From: Emiliania huxleyi CCMP1516
Lineage: Eukaryota
NCBI RefSeq assembly: GCF_000372725.1
Contig: NW_005201192.1
Coordinates: 1-64,000 of the forward strand
Reading direction: 5' to 3'
DNA: 64,000 bases
Positions within the stretch are counted from its first letter, which is position 1. Every line of letters begins with the position of its first letter. Of the stretch, positions 1 through 11,864 are shown piece by piece. The position numbers and the translations under genes are program-made. The notes beneath the pieces are model-generated. The model ran no database searches. It was not told the DNA's origin and was given only the letters and a program-made list of their open reading frames with translations.

Positions 1-1754
1 GCGTTGCGGGCAATGTTGCGGGCGGTGTTGCGGGCGTCGTTGCGGGCTGTGTCGCGGGCGTCGGTAGCACCAACGCAGCCTCGGCGGCGCGGAGCTGCGA
101 GAGGGGCGCGTCGAGGGCGGAGGCGAAGCAGCGGACCTTGCAATTCAGAGGGTGCGAGGTAGACCCGAGGTAAGGATCCGAGATAGACCCGAGATCAATC
201 AGAGGTAGACCCGAGGTAGATCCGAGATAGACCCGAACGTAGATCCGAGGCAGGCGGGGAAGGCGAGGAAGCAGCGCACCTCCGACACCGTGCCGCCCAC
301 GAGGGCTGGCACCGAAGACACATCGGCGTAGACCTTGGGTGGCGCCGGCCCGCCGCGGCGGCGCGGCGCTGGCAGCGGGAGCCGTCGGAAAGTGGCGACG
401 CCTCCCGCCCTCACCTCGCCGACAGGGAGCAGCAGCACCTATCCAATCGCCAATGGACTGATTGCCTGGCCCGCCGCCCCCACCTACCCGACAGAGAGCA
501 GCAGCACCTATCCACCAGACTCGGCACGTGCTCGAGGACTTCGCCCGCCGCCCTCGCCTACCCCGACAGGCGCAGCCGCACGGTGCGCAGCTCCGAAACG
601 TGGAGGGCGTCGGCGCAGACGGGGCACTTGCAGACGCGCTCCTACTCCCATACCGCCAGAGTGGTCGAATCCGGCGTGGGTTCGGTCCTTTGGGTGGTGC
701 GGTGACTTGCGCGCGCGCTCCTCGTCGACGGCGGCGGCGTGGAGCCGCAGCGCACAAGGCAGGCAGAGGATGTGGCCGCAGGAGGCAACCTGGAAGTGGG
801 TTGAGTAGTCAGCTCTGACTAGGGCAGGCGGAGGGTGGTGTGGCCGCAGGACGCCAAATGCAGTACCACACGGGCTGGCGGCGGGAAAAAAGGAGAGTTG
901 GTATAGTTCTCTCAGTAGGTTGACATGAGGCAGGGCCCACTGGGCGGAGGGCGTGGTGGGGTGGCCACCTGCGGCGCAGCTGCCGGCGCGACGAGGCAGA
1001 TCGGGCACTGCACCTCCTCGGAGGTGCTCAGCCTACTAACGCACCTCCCACGGGACTGAACCCACTACCGCACCCCCCACGGGACTGAACCCACGCTGGG
1101 CTCGAGCGCTAGTTGGGATACAAGAGTGCGTACCAACGCTGTCTAGGCTCCGCTTCTGCGCTGCTCAGCGCGTCCGTGCTGCCAGAGATGGAGAGATGCG
1201 GGGGGGGAGGTAAGGGTGTGGAGCGAGATGTTCCGCTTCTGGGCTGCTCAGCCTCGCCGCCCTGCAGTCCTCCCAGCCGACCGACGCACGTGCCTCGCCG
1301 CTCGCCACGGGGCAGAGCAGGTGGTAGTGCGCCCTCAGGAAGCGCATCTTGGCGACGGGGCGCGGCAGCTTGGCGGCGGCGCGCCGCGCAGGCGTCCGAG
1401 CGGGCGCCGCCTCTCGAGGCGCGTGGGTGAACGCCAGCAGCGCGGCTCCCGCCTCCCGCTGCGCCCGCCTCAGGTTCCGAGCGTTGCCACCGCCGCCGCC
1501 GCCAGTGCCGCCGCCGCCAGTGCCGCCGCCGCCAGTGCCGCCGCCGTTCCCACTGCGGGCTGCGGTGCCACACATCTCGCACCGCCGTCGCCATGCCGCG
1601 TTGAAATACGTGCACGCTTCGCAGTTCCACAGTCCGACGTCCGTCTCGGAAGCCCCCTCCGCGTCGACGCCGTCTTTGCTCTGCCTGCCTCGGCCGCGCC
1701 CGTGCCGGCCGCTCCTCCCACGGCCAAGCCGTCGCTGCTGCGTGTGCTGCTGCA
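1..1754 (-). CDS. RNF10/Mag2-like RING E3 ubiquitin ligase with N-terminal RanBP2-type zinc finger (multi-exon; 3' end may run off the window)
   Basis: RanBP2 ZnF WNCEACTYFNAAWRRRCEMCG at ~1570-1630. A C3HC4 RING is rebuilt across introns: CPICLVAPAAAPQ (~970-1010), then VASCGHILCLPC (~750-790), then KCPVCADALHVSELRTV (~580-630). It is preceded by FLRAHYHLL...VGWED, as in RNF10-family proteins. The start codon is uncertain. Confidence 0.7.
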
Positions 1755-3086
1755 TTACCTGCCGCCAGCCGTCGCGCCGTCGCGCCGCTCCTCGCCGCGA
1801 ACAGCGAGAAAACGGGATTTTTTCGGTGCTGGTAGCCCCCCCAAAACAGGCGCGCGCAGCGCGCCCAGGGGCGCCGCAGGCGCCCCAAGCGGCGCGGAGC
1901 GCCGCCGCAGGCGGCGGACAGCAGGGGCCCGAAATTAAACGCCATTTTCGGTTCCGCGGTTTTGCCACTAACATTGAAATCCGGTACAAAACGACTTAGC
2001 CGAAACAGCTGACAGACAGACAGAGAGCACACACGTTCGAGACGGGGGTGCGCCGACCGCCGTCGCGGACCCAGTAGAGCTAGATGGTCCCACAGGACGC
2101 GCCCTTAGCCTCTGAGCTCGTCCTAGACGTTTTAGGGGAAGCGTGGGCAGACCAGAACGCGGCCACGGCGACGCTCCGAGGCTGTCAGCAGCGCTGGCGG
2201 CGATCGTGGCGACGGCGCCTCGCCGCGGCAGCGGCACAGAATCGAGGAGGTGGCGTTGGTGGCAGCATCAATGAGATATGAAGGCGGCCGTAATGCTGGT
2301 GGCGCCTTCGAGGGCGGCGGAGAGGGCGGTAGCAGCGACGGCGATCGAGTCATGTGGCAGGGGTGCGAAGTCCGAAGATGCAGCAGGGAGGCTTGAGTTA
2401 GCGACGCGGGGCGGTGGCGTGCCAGCAGGTAAGCGGCGGCGGCGGAGAGCAGGTGCGCGAACTAAAGGCCAATCTTGAGATATCCATTTTGCACCACCTT
2501 TGGATTTCTGGTGCAAATTGACTTGTGGATCTTGAAGGCACGCGCAAGAGCGCACCAGGCAAGTTGAATGAACCTCGGCTCAAAATGCGGATCTCGCTGC
2601 CGCTAAGCGTGGCGTCGATTATCAAACGAGCGGTGACAGTAGCGGTGGCAACGGCGGCAGCGTCGACCGGAGCACCTACTGCGGTGTGAAATGTGAGCTG
2701 GGAGGCGGGAGGCAGATGCAATAGGAGCGGGAGAGTGAGATCGTCAGCCAGCACGGCAGACCTTTACGGCGCGGCTGCGGGCGCGTTTGCAGTGACATGC
2801 GATCCATGTGGTAGCAAAGGCACGGCGGGAGTAGCGTATGCAGGCTGTGCGCGAGGGTGGCGCGTCGCGAGTGGCGGTGCAGCTAGTCGGTGGCGCGGGT
2901 GCTGGCGACCGGCGGAGAGATGCAGCCGGCGCGAGAGATGTACCCTGCGGAGAGGCGAGGTGACGGGCGAACCGCGACGGTGGGAGAGGGCTGAGCATCG
3001 GCTTCACCGGAGGCACAGGAGCCTCGCACGCCCGACCGTGACGAGAGCGAACCGACGCTGGCAGGTCAAGCAGCGTCGGTTCGCTA

Positions 3087-4017
3087 CTCCCTTAATGTGG
3101 GTAAACCATAGTAGCGTGCACGCTACTATGAACAGAGAAGCCCATAAAAGTCGCCGCTGCAGTCCACGACGAGCCAGCCTGCTGCCGGCTCGCACGGCAG
3201 CCTCTTCCTCTCGACCAGCCTCAACTTCCGTAAGTCAACATTTTGTCGCTGCGTGCTCGTGGCGAGCTGTGGCGGCGGTCGAAGTTGGCCCAGATTCGAC
3301 GACGAGCGCCGGACGATAGTACCGCCTCTGTTCGCCCTGTGCATGTCAGGCCAGGCTGCAGCAGGGCACTACCATCGTGCTGCCCTGCTGCAGCCTGACC
3401 TTGCCCACTGTGCACAGCCGCCAGAGCACCACCACCGCCCGGCATCGTGTCACGGCGAGCTCCTTCTGCGCCCGCTCGCGAGGCTCTCGCGCTGGCACAC
3501 TTTGGACATCTTCTGCTCGCGTTCGGCGAGCTCTTCTCCGCAATCCTGCCACGGCGCCGTCACCAGACACCTTCTGGCCGGCCTGAGCCGCGCGGGGTCG
3601 CCGGCGGGGGCAACGCGTCGACCTCTCTCTCTGGTGCACCACGGGCCGCGACGGCTGCTGGCAGCAGGCGTGAGGAGGCAGTGTGCCGGCACAGTTGAGC
3701 CGGAGCATCGGGTTCTTGATGCTTGTGGGGTCAAGTTTGACCTTATGTGGCATAATATGCAACAATAATGCTCTGTTATCTCCCGGCTTTTTGAGATATG
3801 ATCCCTCAAAGTCGAATTATGGTTTACTGGTGACCATAGTAGTGTCTGGCCTGTTTGCGTTTCTTCAAACGAATCCTTCAAAGTCTCGACAATCACCAAG
3901 CTGCTTATGTGGCACCGCAGAGGCTCCCTTGGGGATGCTTGAGGCCACCCCAACCACTCACGAAGCCGTACGTGGACGAATTCAAATCACTTTTATGGTT
4001 TACCTACATTAAGGGAG
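3087..4017. mobile_element. Non-autonomous Tc1/mariner (Stowaway-like) TIR element, 931 bp
   Basis: 24-bp TIRs CTCCCTTAATGTGGGTAAACCATA (3087-3110) and TATGGTTTACCTACATTAAGGGAG (3994-4017), 1 mismatch. TA on both flanks (3085-3086, 4018-4019). CTCCCT termini. No transposase inside. Confidence 0.85.
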
Positions 4018-4224
4018 TACCAACACCGAATGGGTACCCTCCCCGAGAAAACCCTCGCAAGCCCGTAATAAATTCTTTCTTTCTTTTACCGATGGGAAAG
4101 AACGACGAGAGTGGGACGACCGCGAGGTGGCATGAAGGTTGCAGCGAGAAGCGGCGAGAGACACACTGCGAAGAGAGATAGGAAGAGGCAGACTGTCTCC
4201 CCCTAGGGTGGGCGACGGCCTGAG

Positions 4225-4645
4225 CGTCATCATCTGTCTTGCGTCCACCCATACCGCGTTGGTGTCCAGTCCGAGCCTGACTGTTCTTCACCTTCCTACA
4301 TACATACATACCTGAGCGCCCAGCGACGCGTGCCGGATGGAGTCCGGCCGCGGGTGACTAGGGAAGTTCGCTCAGGATGTGTCAATCAATAGCGCATCAC
4401 ACACCTCTCCTTAAAATCCCCGTGTGGTGGCGGCGTGCCGTCCTCCCATCCCTCCCTCGGGTTGTCTGTTTTCTTTCTTTCTTTTCCGATACCGATCATC
4501 CGGCCCGCTGGGTGCGCTTCTTAGCTCCCCGGCCCTGGATGTGAGGTTAATGACTGCACTCCAAGTGCTCCAAGTGCGCACGTTTGCGGGCACGGGACTG
4601 GCGCGCACTGGCACTAACACAGGTACACCACGGGAGCCGCCTAAG
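4225..4645. repeat. Composite of dispersed repeat modules shared with 38287-38575 and 54340-54490
   Basis: 4225-4298 matches the reverse complement of 38287-38360. 4595-4645 matches 38524-38575. 4487-4577 matches 54340-54436. 4444-4475 matches 54458-54490. Confidence 0.8.
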
Positions 4646-5507
4646 CGACTCCTGCGAGGGCGGCGAGGCACTTCTCGTAGCTCCGTACACTCGACCGCCC
4701 TCGCCGCAGGCAAGCTCATTCACAATCTGCTCTGCGATTGCCGGCCGACTACACGGTAACCAGGCATACGGACCTTGCAGTAAACCTTTCCCTTCTAAGC
4801 AAAGCTACACAATGCAAAAAACAAACAAACGAGTGAGTGTTAGAGTTGTTTGGTATTGCTAAAAATCTCTCTCACACAATGACCCCATAGTGTGCGGGTG
4901 TTTCTGGCTAGGTTTCTGGCGAGTCGTGATGAGTAGAACTAGATTAGCCAATGTTATTTTGAAGTTCATACACGTATATGAAAATACCAACTTGCCTATG
5001 TCGTATGTGCACGTAGCTCCAAGGTGTCATTTTTTTTTCGTTGTTCCCTCATCCCACTCAAGAAAATGCAACGACGCGCGCTGTCTAGAGCTGTGCGCAC
5101 CATGCGAGACTCTCACTACTGTACGTCTACGTGGTCTCTCCCCTCTGCCTCCACACCCTTCAGATCCCTTCTCGATCTCCAGGACCCACAGCGCTGCCCG
5201 CCGCTCCTGGCTAGCGCGCGAGACGCCTCGCAGGCAACTATTGCCCCGGCGCCTCAGCTGTACATGTGCATCCCCCGCCCTCACTCCCTCCTCCCAACCA
5301 CGCCTCTCCAGAGAAAGGCGCGCCGCGCAGCAGTTCCGCTCCTGCGCGAAAGCCCCCAGTGCGAGAGCGCGCGACGGGTATGGACCCAGACCCGTGGGGG
5401 TCGCCGATGCGGCACGCGCCTCCCCGCCTCCCCGGCCCCACGGGTCGCTGGTGCATGCTCATGTGAATTGCTCAAAATGGCGTTTGCCGTGTGTGCAGCC
5501 GCCAAGG

Positions 5508-8030
5508 CTAGACCTGCTCCTGCACCGCCTCCACCGGGACCGCCGACTCCTCCGAGTCCACCGAGACCGTCGCCTCGCCTCCAGAGCCGTCGCCCGCGGT
5601 GGTTATCGTCGCAGAGCTGCGGCTGCGAACGAGCCGGCTGCTAGCTTCGGCGATGCTGGCCGAGAGGCGTCTCATGCTTGCGACGCTGCCCGACCGAGCG
5701 GGAGTCGCGCCGAGGTCCTTTGCCAGAAGCGCGAGCGACACCTGCGGAATTGAGCGCCCTGGCTGGTGAGTGTACCGCCGGTGCGCAAGGCGAGATGTGG
5801 GGGAGACAAAACGCGCGCCTGGTGGTGGCGCCCCGGGAAGCACGAGCGTGCCAGGCTCTTGTAGAGCCCGCCGGCGATGAGCTCCTGCAAGGGAGGGTAC
5901 GCGGGTGGGGGGGGCGATCAAGCGTCTGAGATGGAGTGCATCATGACCCAACCCCAGCCCGCTCCTGCGGCGTGACTTCGAAGAACCTCGAGAAGGGGCA
6001 TCCGCCGAGCGCGGGGTCGTTCTCGTGCGCCATGACGATCTTCAGCCTGTCCTGGCGCGCCTGCTGGACCTGCTCAGCCAGCCGCTCGTCGCTGACGAAG
6101 GTGTGCTCGTTGAGGTAGAGCAGCATGTGCGTCGCTGGCCCGGGCGCCTCGGCGGTGGAGACGGTGAGGTTCGGGAAAGTGGCGGCAATCTCGTTGGCCA
6201 GCTCCATGGCGCCCGCGTTGGCCGGCGAAGCCCAGAGCGTGGTCTGTTTGGAAAAGGCGAGCGACTGGCTCTCGGGCTCGCCCGGCACGCAGAGCGGGAG
6301 GGAGGTCTGGCTCAGATAGTTGGGCGAGCAGAGGAGCACCGCCTGCGGTTCAAGGGCGCCGGAGCTGAGGTCTCGGGGTGGGGGGCGAGAGGACTGCGGC
6401 TGGCTCTGTGTCCCGCTGCGCCTCGGCGATTGTCTTGAGCGAGACGCGTTGATACTCCTCAATTCGCATCCACACGGTGTGCGTCCAGCCCTGTTCAAAG
6501 ATGTCCTGCTGCAGGTCGTCGGGGCATTCGCCGCGCAGCGCCTGGAGCGTCCCGCCGCCCTTGTCAGGGTCCGCCTCTTGGACGAGGACGATCGGCTTGC
6601 TCTGCTCGAGCGACGAGCGGATCTCGCGAAGGCAGTTCTGGTGGCACGCGAGCAGGCGGGCGGTGAGACGAGGGGAGTGTCGAGGGTTGCAGCAGACTCG
6701 GGTGCGTTGAGAGCCAAAGGATCCCGAGGGAGGGACAGGGCGGCGGCGAGAGCGCGCCTGAGAGCGGAAGTAACCACGCGAAAGGAAGAAGAGGATCACT
6801 TGCGAGCGTTGGATGTAGTCCTCGAGCGCCCCGATATCCTTTAGATCGTCCACCTGACAGCGCACGACGAGCGAAGTCAGAGGACTGTGTCGCCGTACGC
6901 AGCGCGGCTGAGCGTGTGCGCGCGTCTAGGAAGATCTTGATGTCCGGCAGCAGCAGCTGGAGCTCGCTCTTGATGTTTCCGACGGCGTCTTGACCGGTCG
7001 ACCTGCATGGTTACGGTGAGAGTTGGATCGTGCTGTCCGGATATCTCGTCACCCTCCCTAGCTGTGTGACTCACCAGATGTGAGAGAGGAAGAGGTGCCA
7101 CGTGAGGTCAGTCCCGATGCTCAGCTCGGGGGGCTGCTTGGTCGAGGCGAGGCGGATCGTGGGGACCTTGGCGACGCGGCGGGCGGCGACGACGGCGCCG
7201 ACGAGGAAGAAGGCGAGCACGACTGCAACGAGGACGATCATCATGTCCACGATCGCATTGAGCTTTCCGAAGCCGAGGACATCGGCGGGGTCGACTCCCT
7301 GGTACCGCTCCTCGATGCCCAGGAAGATGGTGCTCCAGTTGGTGCCGAGGAAGAGGAGGAGGAGCACGAGGCTCGTGGCGACGGCCAGCACGTTGTCCTC
7401 CACCCGCTTGTACGGCCGCACGGCGGCAAGCATGAAGCCGTAGCACGAGCAGACGAGGGTCGCCACCATGAGGCGAAGGAACGCGTTCTTCTCCGGGATC
7501 AGCAGCACGAAGCCCGTCAGCACGAGCTTGCGCGCCAGCTCGAGCGCCTCCCACCAGCACCAGGTCTTCTCGTACTCCCGGTGCAGGAAGGCGGTGGCCC
7601 GCGTCAGAGCATTCGGCGACTTGGCCTGCAGCGGCTTGTAGCAGGCGGCGAGGAGCGACGTGAAGAGCACCAGCGAGCCGACCGGCCAGAGGACGATGAA
7701 ACCGGTGGCGAGGGCGGTGATGGGTCCGTGATCGTCGGAGCCGCACTCGACGCTCGCGTCCTGCCGCATGTAGGAGACCTGCTCCAGGCGCTCGTTCGGC
7801 GGAGAGATGGTGTAGGCCTATCAGCAGAAACTTACGAGGACTGAGGGATGTGGTGTTGTGAGCAGCGGCAGTCATCAGCTGGAGGCGCCTGGCAACTCCA
7901 CGCGCGGAAGATGGAGGCGCTGATGGAGGGCACGAAGCAGAAGACGAGCACGAGGCCGGCCGGCGTGAAGTCGAGGAGGCCGAGGGCCGCCTCCGCGTAC
8001 CACGATCTCTCGCGCGGTGGCGGTGCGGCA
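5508..8030 (-). CDS. Multi-pass membrane protein with C-terminal TIR domain(s); multi-exon, 5' end apparently truncated
   Basis: TM region ...WWEALELARKLVLTGFVLLIP...PYKRVEDNVLA. Spliced TIR: WHLFLSHIW / TGQDAVANIKSELQLLLPDIKIFLD / VDDLKDIGALEDYIQRSQVILFFLSRGYFRS / NCLREIRSSLEQSKPIVLVQE. A second TIR-like unit follows (HMLLYLNEHTF...LKIVMAHENDP). Stop at 5508-5510. Upstream of ~8030 the frame passes into repeat-like sequence. Confidence 0.8.
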
Positions 8031-8239
8031 CCCCGTACGACGCGCACTTGTCGTCCTCCCTCCTCGCCACATGACGGCCGCCCCCCGACACCGACAGTCG
8101 CGCTCCGCACGCCTTCGAGGTCAGCAGCGGCCGAGCGACGATCGGCTCGCTCCGATCGCTGGGCGGTCACTCTGCGGCCCATCACCCGCCTGCCGATCAC
8201 CTGTCCGCCTCGCCGCGCGCGGGCCGCTCGCCTGCTCGC

Positions 8240-8710
8240 CACCGCCGCCGCGTTTCCCCGCGCCGCCACGCTTCCCTGTGCACCTGACTGCGCTCGAGCT
8301 GCGCACAGATGGCGCGCTCTGGCAGACAGAGCAGCGGCCGCCCAGGCGGTCGCTGCTCCGCCCCGTCCGAATCCGTCCGCCCGCGCGTGCCGCTGCCGCC
8401 GCCGCCGCCGCCACCGCCGCCGCGTTTCCCCGCGCCGCCACGCTTCCCTAGGCGGCAGCCTGAGCTCCCGGTGGTTGCCCTCACCTTTGGCGCAGGCCAT
8501 GGCGGCGAGGGCGCAGGCCACGGTGGCGAGGGCGAGGGCTCGCCCCAGCCGCCGCTCCACCTGGAGGATGGCCCCTCGCGGCTGCGGGCGAGCGGTGCGG
8601 CTGGCACGCCTGGCGCCGCGTCTGGCGCCGCGTCCGGCGGCGATGCGGGCGTCGATGCGGGCGCCATGTCTGGCGTCATGGCTGGCGTCATGTCTGGCGC
8701 CATGTCTGGT
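8240..8710. repeat. GC-rich repeat segment: local ~36-bp duplication, 12-bp tandem repeat and a dispersed repeat
   Basis: CCGCCGCCGCGTTTCCCCGCGCCGCCACGCTTCCCT at ~8242 and ~8414. (GTCTGGCGYCAT)-like units at 8660-8710. 8290-8420 resembles the reverse complement of 55720-55830. Confidence 0.6.
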
Positions 8711-9950
8711 GGTGAGGCGGAGCAGGCGACGGCCTCGGCGAGCCGCACTGCGGAGGCCTCTGCGCCGGCCTCCTCCGCGGGGCCACTCAACGAGCGCGCG
8801 GCGAGGGCGGCCGCGCGGCGCGCCGCCGTGAAAGCGGACGTATTCACACACACACACAGACATACGTCGGCACTTTGAAGCAGCACTTGCGAGGTGCGGA
8901 CTCTCGTGCCTCCTGCGGTGGGCCGCCCGTACTGCGCGTGTCGCAGAGTCCTCGGGTACTAGCATAGAGAAGTGCCAATTCACAGCTGCAGCTGTGAACG
9001 GCGCATGTCCGCGTACAAAAATTGAAAACCTCCTTTGGGCGTCCCACTTTCGGCGTGCCACCTTGGCTTGATCGGCCGCTACTCTTCTTCTTCTCAGGAG
9101 CGCTGCGCCCTCGCTCCCTTACGCCCACCGAGTTGCGGCAAGCGCTACCCGCCCCCCTCGTCGAACTCGTCGAGCTCTCACACACTCTCGCATACTTCAC
9201 TCTCTCGCCGCTTGTCCACGGTGTGCGCATCGCTCCTGCCGTTTGTCGCTCCACCACACTCCGGTGCCTATGGTGTCTCGATCCCCGTCGGACACTGATG
9301 ATGCGCAGACGCGCGCGCTCTTTCCCACGCCCGCGTCGCGAGCCTCTCACACACACATTGCGCCGCTCTCTTCACTCCTTCTCGTCTCTCGCCGCCGCCG
9401 CCGCCGCTGCAGCCTCCCCGCCCTACGCACCCGGCGCCCCCCGCGCGCTGCTCCCCACGTACCCCTGCGCCCGCCGTGACCGCGCGCACCTCTCATTCCA
9501 CCACCACCCCCTCGCGCGCGCGCCGCGCCTCTCTCCGCCGTCGCCGCCGCTGCTACTGCCGAGCTACTGCTGAGCTACTGCCGCTGCTACAGCCGCCTCT
9601 TCCTTCCACACCCTGCACGCACCCCATGCATCTCCCCCTCCTCCTCCGCCGCACCCCTCTCTCGTCCAGCACCTCTCCATTCGCCGCCTTTGTGCGCCTT
9701 CCGTGTGCACCTCATCCTCTGCCGCCTGCCACTGCTGCTACTGCTGCTGCTACTGCCGTTGCTATTGCCGCCGCTTCTACCTTCCACACCCCGCACGCAG
9801 CCTCACACACTCATCTCCTCCGCCTCCTCCGCCGCCTCCTCTTCTGTCGCAGCGCCGCCTCCATCACTCAGCTTGCATTCCCTCATACCCTCTGCCAGGC
9901 TCCCTCTCCAATCAACCTAGCTCACCCGCTCAGACGCCGCTTTCGCAGGG

Positions 9951-11642
9951 ATGTTTCCGCCGACGTCGCCGTCGTCACCGCCGCCAGCTCCTCTGTGCTA
10001 CGGTCTCTTCTTCGCCGTCGTCGCCGGAGATATGTATCCCCAGGAAATGATCTATGCGCCAACCCTGTACTTAATGGTCGCCATCCCTATCTGGCTTGCG
10101 GAGATGAGCATTCCAGCCAATCGACCCGCACTCTTCTGGCTGCTATGGCTGCTGCAGATCCTCCCATTTTGCGCATTCCTTGCACCCGGAGCAGCAAACT
10201 GGTTCATTCCTGGATGTATTCCAGCGCATTTGAATGATGGAGACAATGCAACGGCGGACTTCATCGCCATTTTCTGCGGTGTGCTCATGCTTTGCCTTGG
10301 GCTGTACACCCGTCGCAAGACGCTCATCGCGTTTCGCATGCGTATCAAGTTGATTGAGGGCGAGTTGACCAGCCGCCTCGAAGACGACTCACTTCGGCTG
10401 CTGCGTGTCGCGTGGCTGCGGGCACGCCCCTCTGACTGGGTGCTGCATCGGCGGCAGGATCTGCCAGAAGAGGCATTCTTCAGCTCGGCCGACGCGGTTC
10501 GCCTGCTGGAAAAGAAGAAGGTGGCGGCGCTCTCATACAAGTGGCAAGGCCCCTTCAATTCGTCCAAGGGCGGTGGCGACCAGCCAGATGGCAGCCGCTT
10601 CCACCTGGACAAGGTCCTCTCGTACTACCGGGACGGCCGGCATGCGGAGGAGCGGCCCGCCCTGATGTGGGACTTTGCCGCGTTACCCCAACACGACCCG
10701 ATCACGGGCGCCAAGCGCACGGACTCGGAGGACCGACGTTTTAAGAACGGACTCAGCGTGATGAGCAACGCCTACGCCAGCCCACGCGTGCTAGTGCTGC
10801 AGCAAAAAAGGATTCTGCCAGAGCTGGAGATGGAGCTAAGAACATTTGGCGGCAATCCGCCTGTTGACCGCCTCGATCTCATCCCGTACGAAGGGGATCA
10901 CTGCCGCTCAGGCTGGTGCACTTCCGAGAGTGCATGCGCACAATTGATGACCACCGGTGGCGGTCACTCGTACGAACTCGGTGTGGGGAAGGTCCCCGTG
11001 GCTCCCAGGCGGCTGCCGACTGTGCCGGAGATGGACGCGCTCTTCAACCACAGCTCGACCCGCTTCATCGGCAATGCCGATCGCAGCGAAGTGAGCAAGG
11101 GCTACCTAGAGTTGCGCGCGAAGCTCGAGGCGTACGATGAGGAGCACACGCCAGCGATAGTGCGGTTTGCCGACACGCTAATGACCGGGTACGCGCATGG
11201 TGACGATGGGCTCTTGCGAGTGATCTTCTACCTGTCCATGCTCGTTCCTACAAGCTGGCCCATCCTCCTAGCCACCTTGATCGTGAACCACGAAGCGCCG
11301 CTGGTGCTGCTCCGGAGCACTTGGGTTGCCGCGCGTGTGGTCCGCGTCAACACCCTGCTTTGTCTTCCGCTCCTCCTAACGTTCTTAGCGATCCTCAGCT
11401 TCGTTGAGTGGTGCATAATACCCTGCGTTGGTGCAATGACCGCTAGCACCCAATTGGCTTTCGCCGCTATCTCCATCGCGGTGGCCACCCTTCCCAGCCG
11501 TGTCGTGCGTGGACACCTCGCCGTCATTTTTGGCTACAGCTCGCTTGACAGCCTCGAGTACGCCACCTTCCGCTGCAGCCTCATCAAGCCGCCATTTCGT
11601 AAGCGGGCGTCAGCCGAAGCTTCCACAGACGCCGAGGTGTGA
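9951..11642 (+). CDS. Intronless membrane protein with a central HET-like (heterokaryon-incompatibility, TIR-related) domain
   Basis: 563-aa ORF with hydrophobic helices at both ends. Central motifs RRQDLPEEAF, VAALSYKW, QPDGSRFHL, LMWDFAALPQ, F.NGLSVMSNAY and RSGWCTSE match the HET pattern ALSYxW / WxDxxCI.Q / M..IY / RGWxxxE. Confidence 0.7.
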   Translation: MFPPTSPSSPPPAPLCYGLFFAVVAGDMYPQEMIYAPTLYLMVAIPIWLAEMSIPANRPALFWLLWLLQILPFCAFLAPGAANWFIPGCIPAHLNDGDNATADFIAIFCGVLMLCLGLYTRRKTLIAFRMRIKLIEGELTSRLEDDSLRLLRVAWLRARPSDWVLHRRQDLPEEAFFSSADAVRLLEKKKVAALSYKWQGPFNSSKGGGDQPDGSRFHLDKVLSYYRDGRHAEERPALMWDFAALPQHDPITGAKRTDSEDRRFKNGLSVMSNAYASPRVLVLQQKRILPELEMELRTFGGNPPVDRLDLIPYEGDHCRSGWCTSESACAQLMTTGGGHSYELGVGKVPVAPRRLPTVPEMDALFNHSSTRFIGNADRSEVSKGYLELRAKLEAYDEEHTPAIVRFADTLMTGYAHGDDGLLRVIFYLSMLVPTSWPILLATLIVNHEAPLVLLRSTWVAARVVRVNTLLCLPLLLTFLAILSFVEWCIIPCVGAMTASTQLAFAAISIAVATLPSRVVRGHLAVIFGYSSLDSLEYATFRCSLIKPPFRKRASAEASTDAEV

Positions 11643-11864
11643 GCTGAGTGAGATGCCCTCTGTGACCCTGTCCATCGAGCTGCGACCATCTCCAGGATGA
11701 TAAGATACAAAAGTGAACCCATTATTCATCTCCCGTCTCGAGCGCGCCCACGAATGCTTCAAGGCATGCGCAATAGGCAAGTTGAACGGGGCATATCGTT
11801 ACTTGAAAGATCAAAGCAGCTATAAAGCACGGAAGCGAAACAAACCATTACACTTCATCACGGC

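Noticed and set aside
4595..4645. Faint similarity of ACCAC...GCCTAAG to 7SL/SRP RNA
   Set aside because: The match is too short and no supporting Alu/S-domain structure is visible.
9070..9950. ORFs in the pyrimidine-rich low-complexity stretch
   Set aside because: Microsatellite-like composition with no coding signature.
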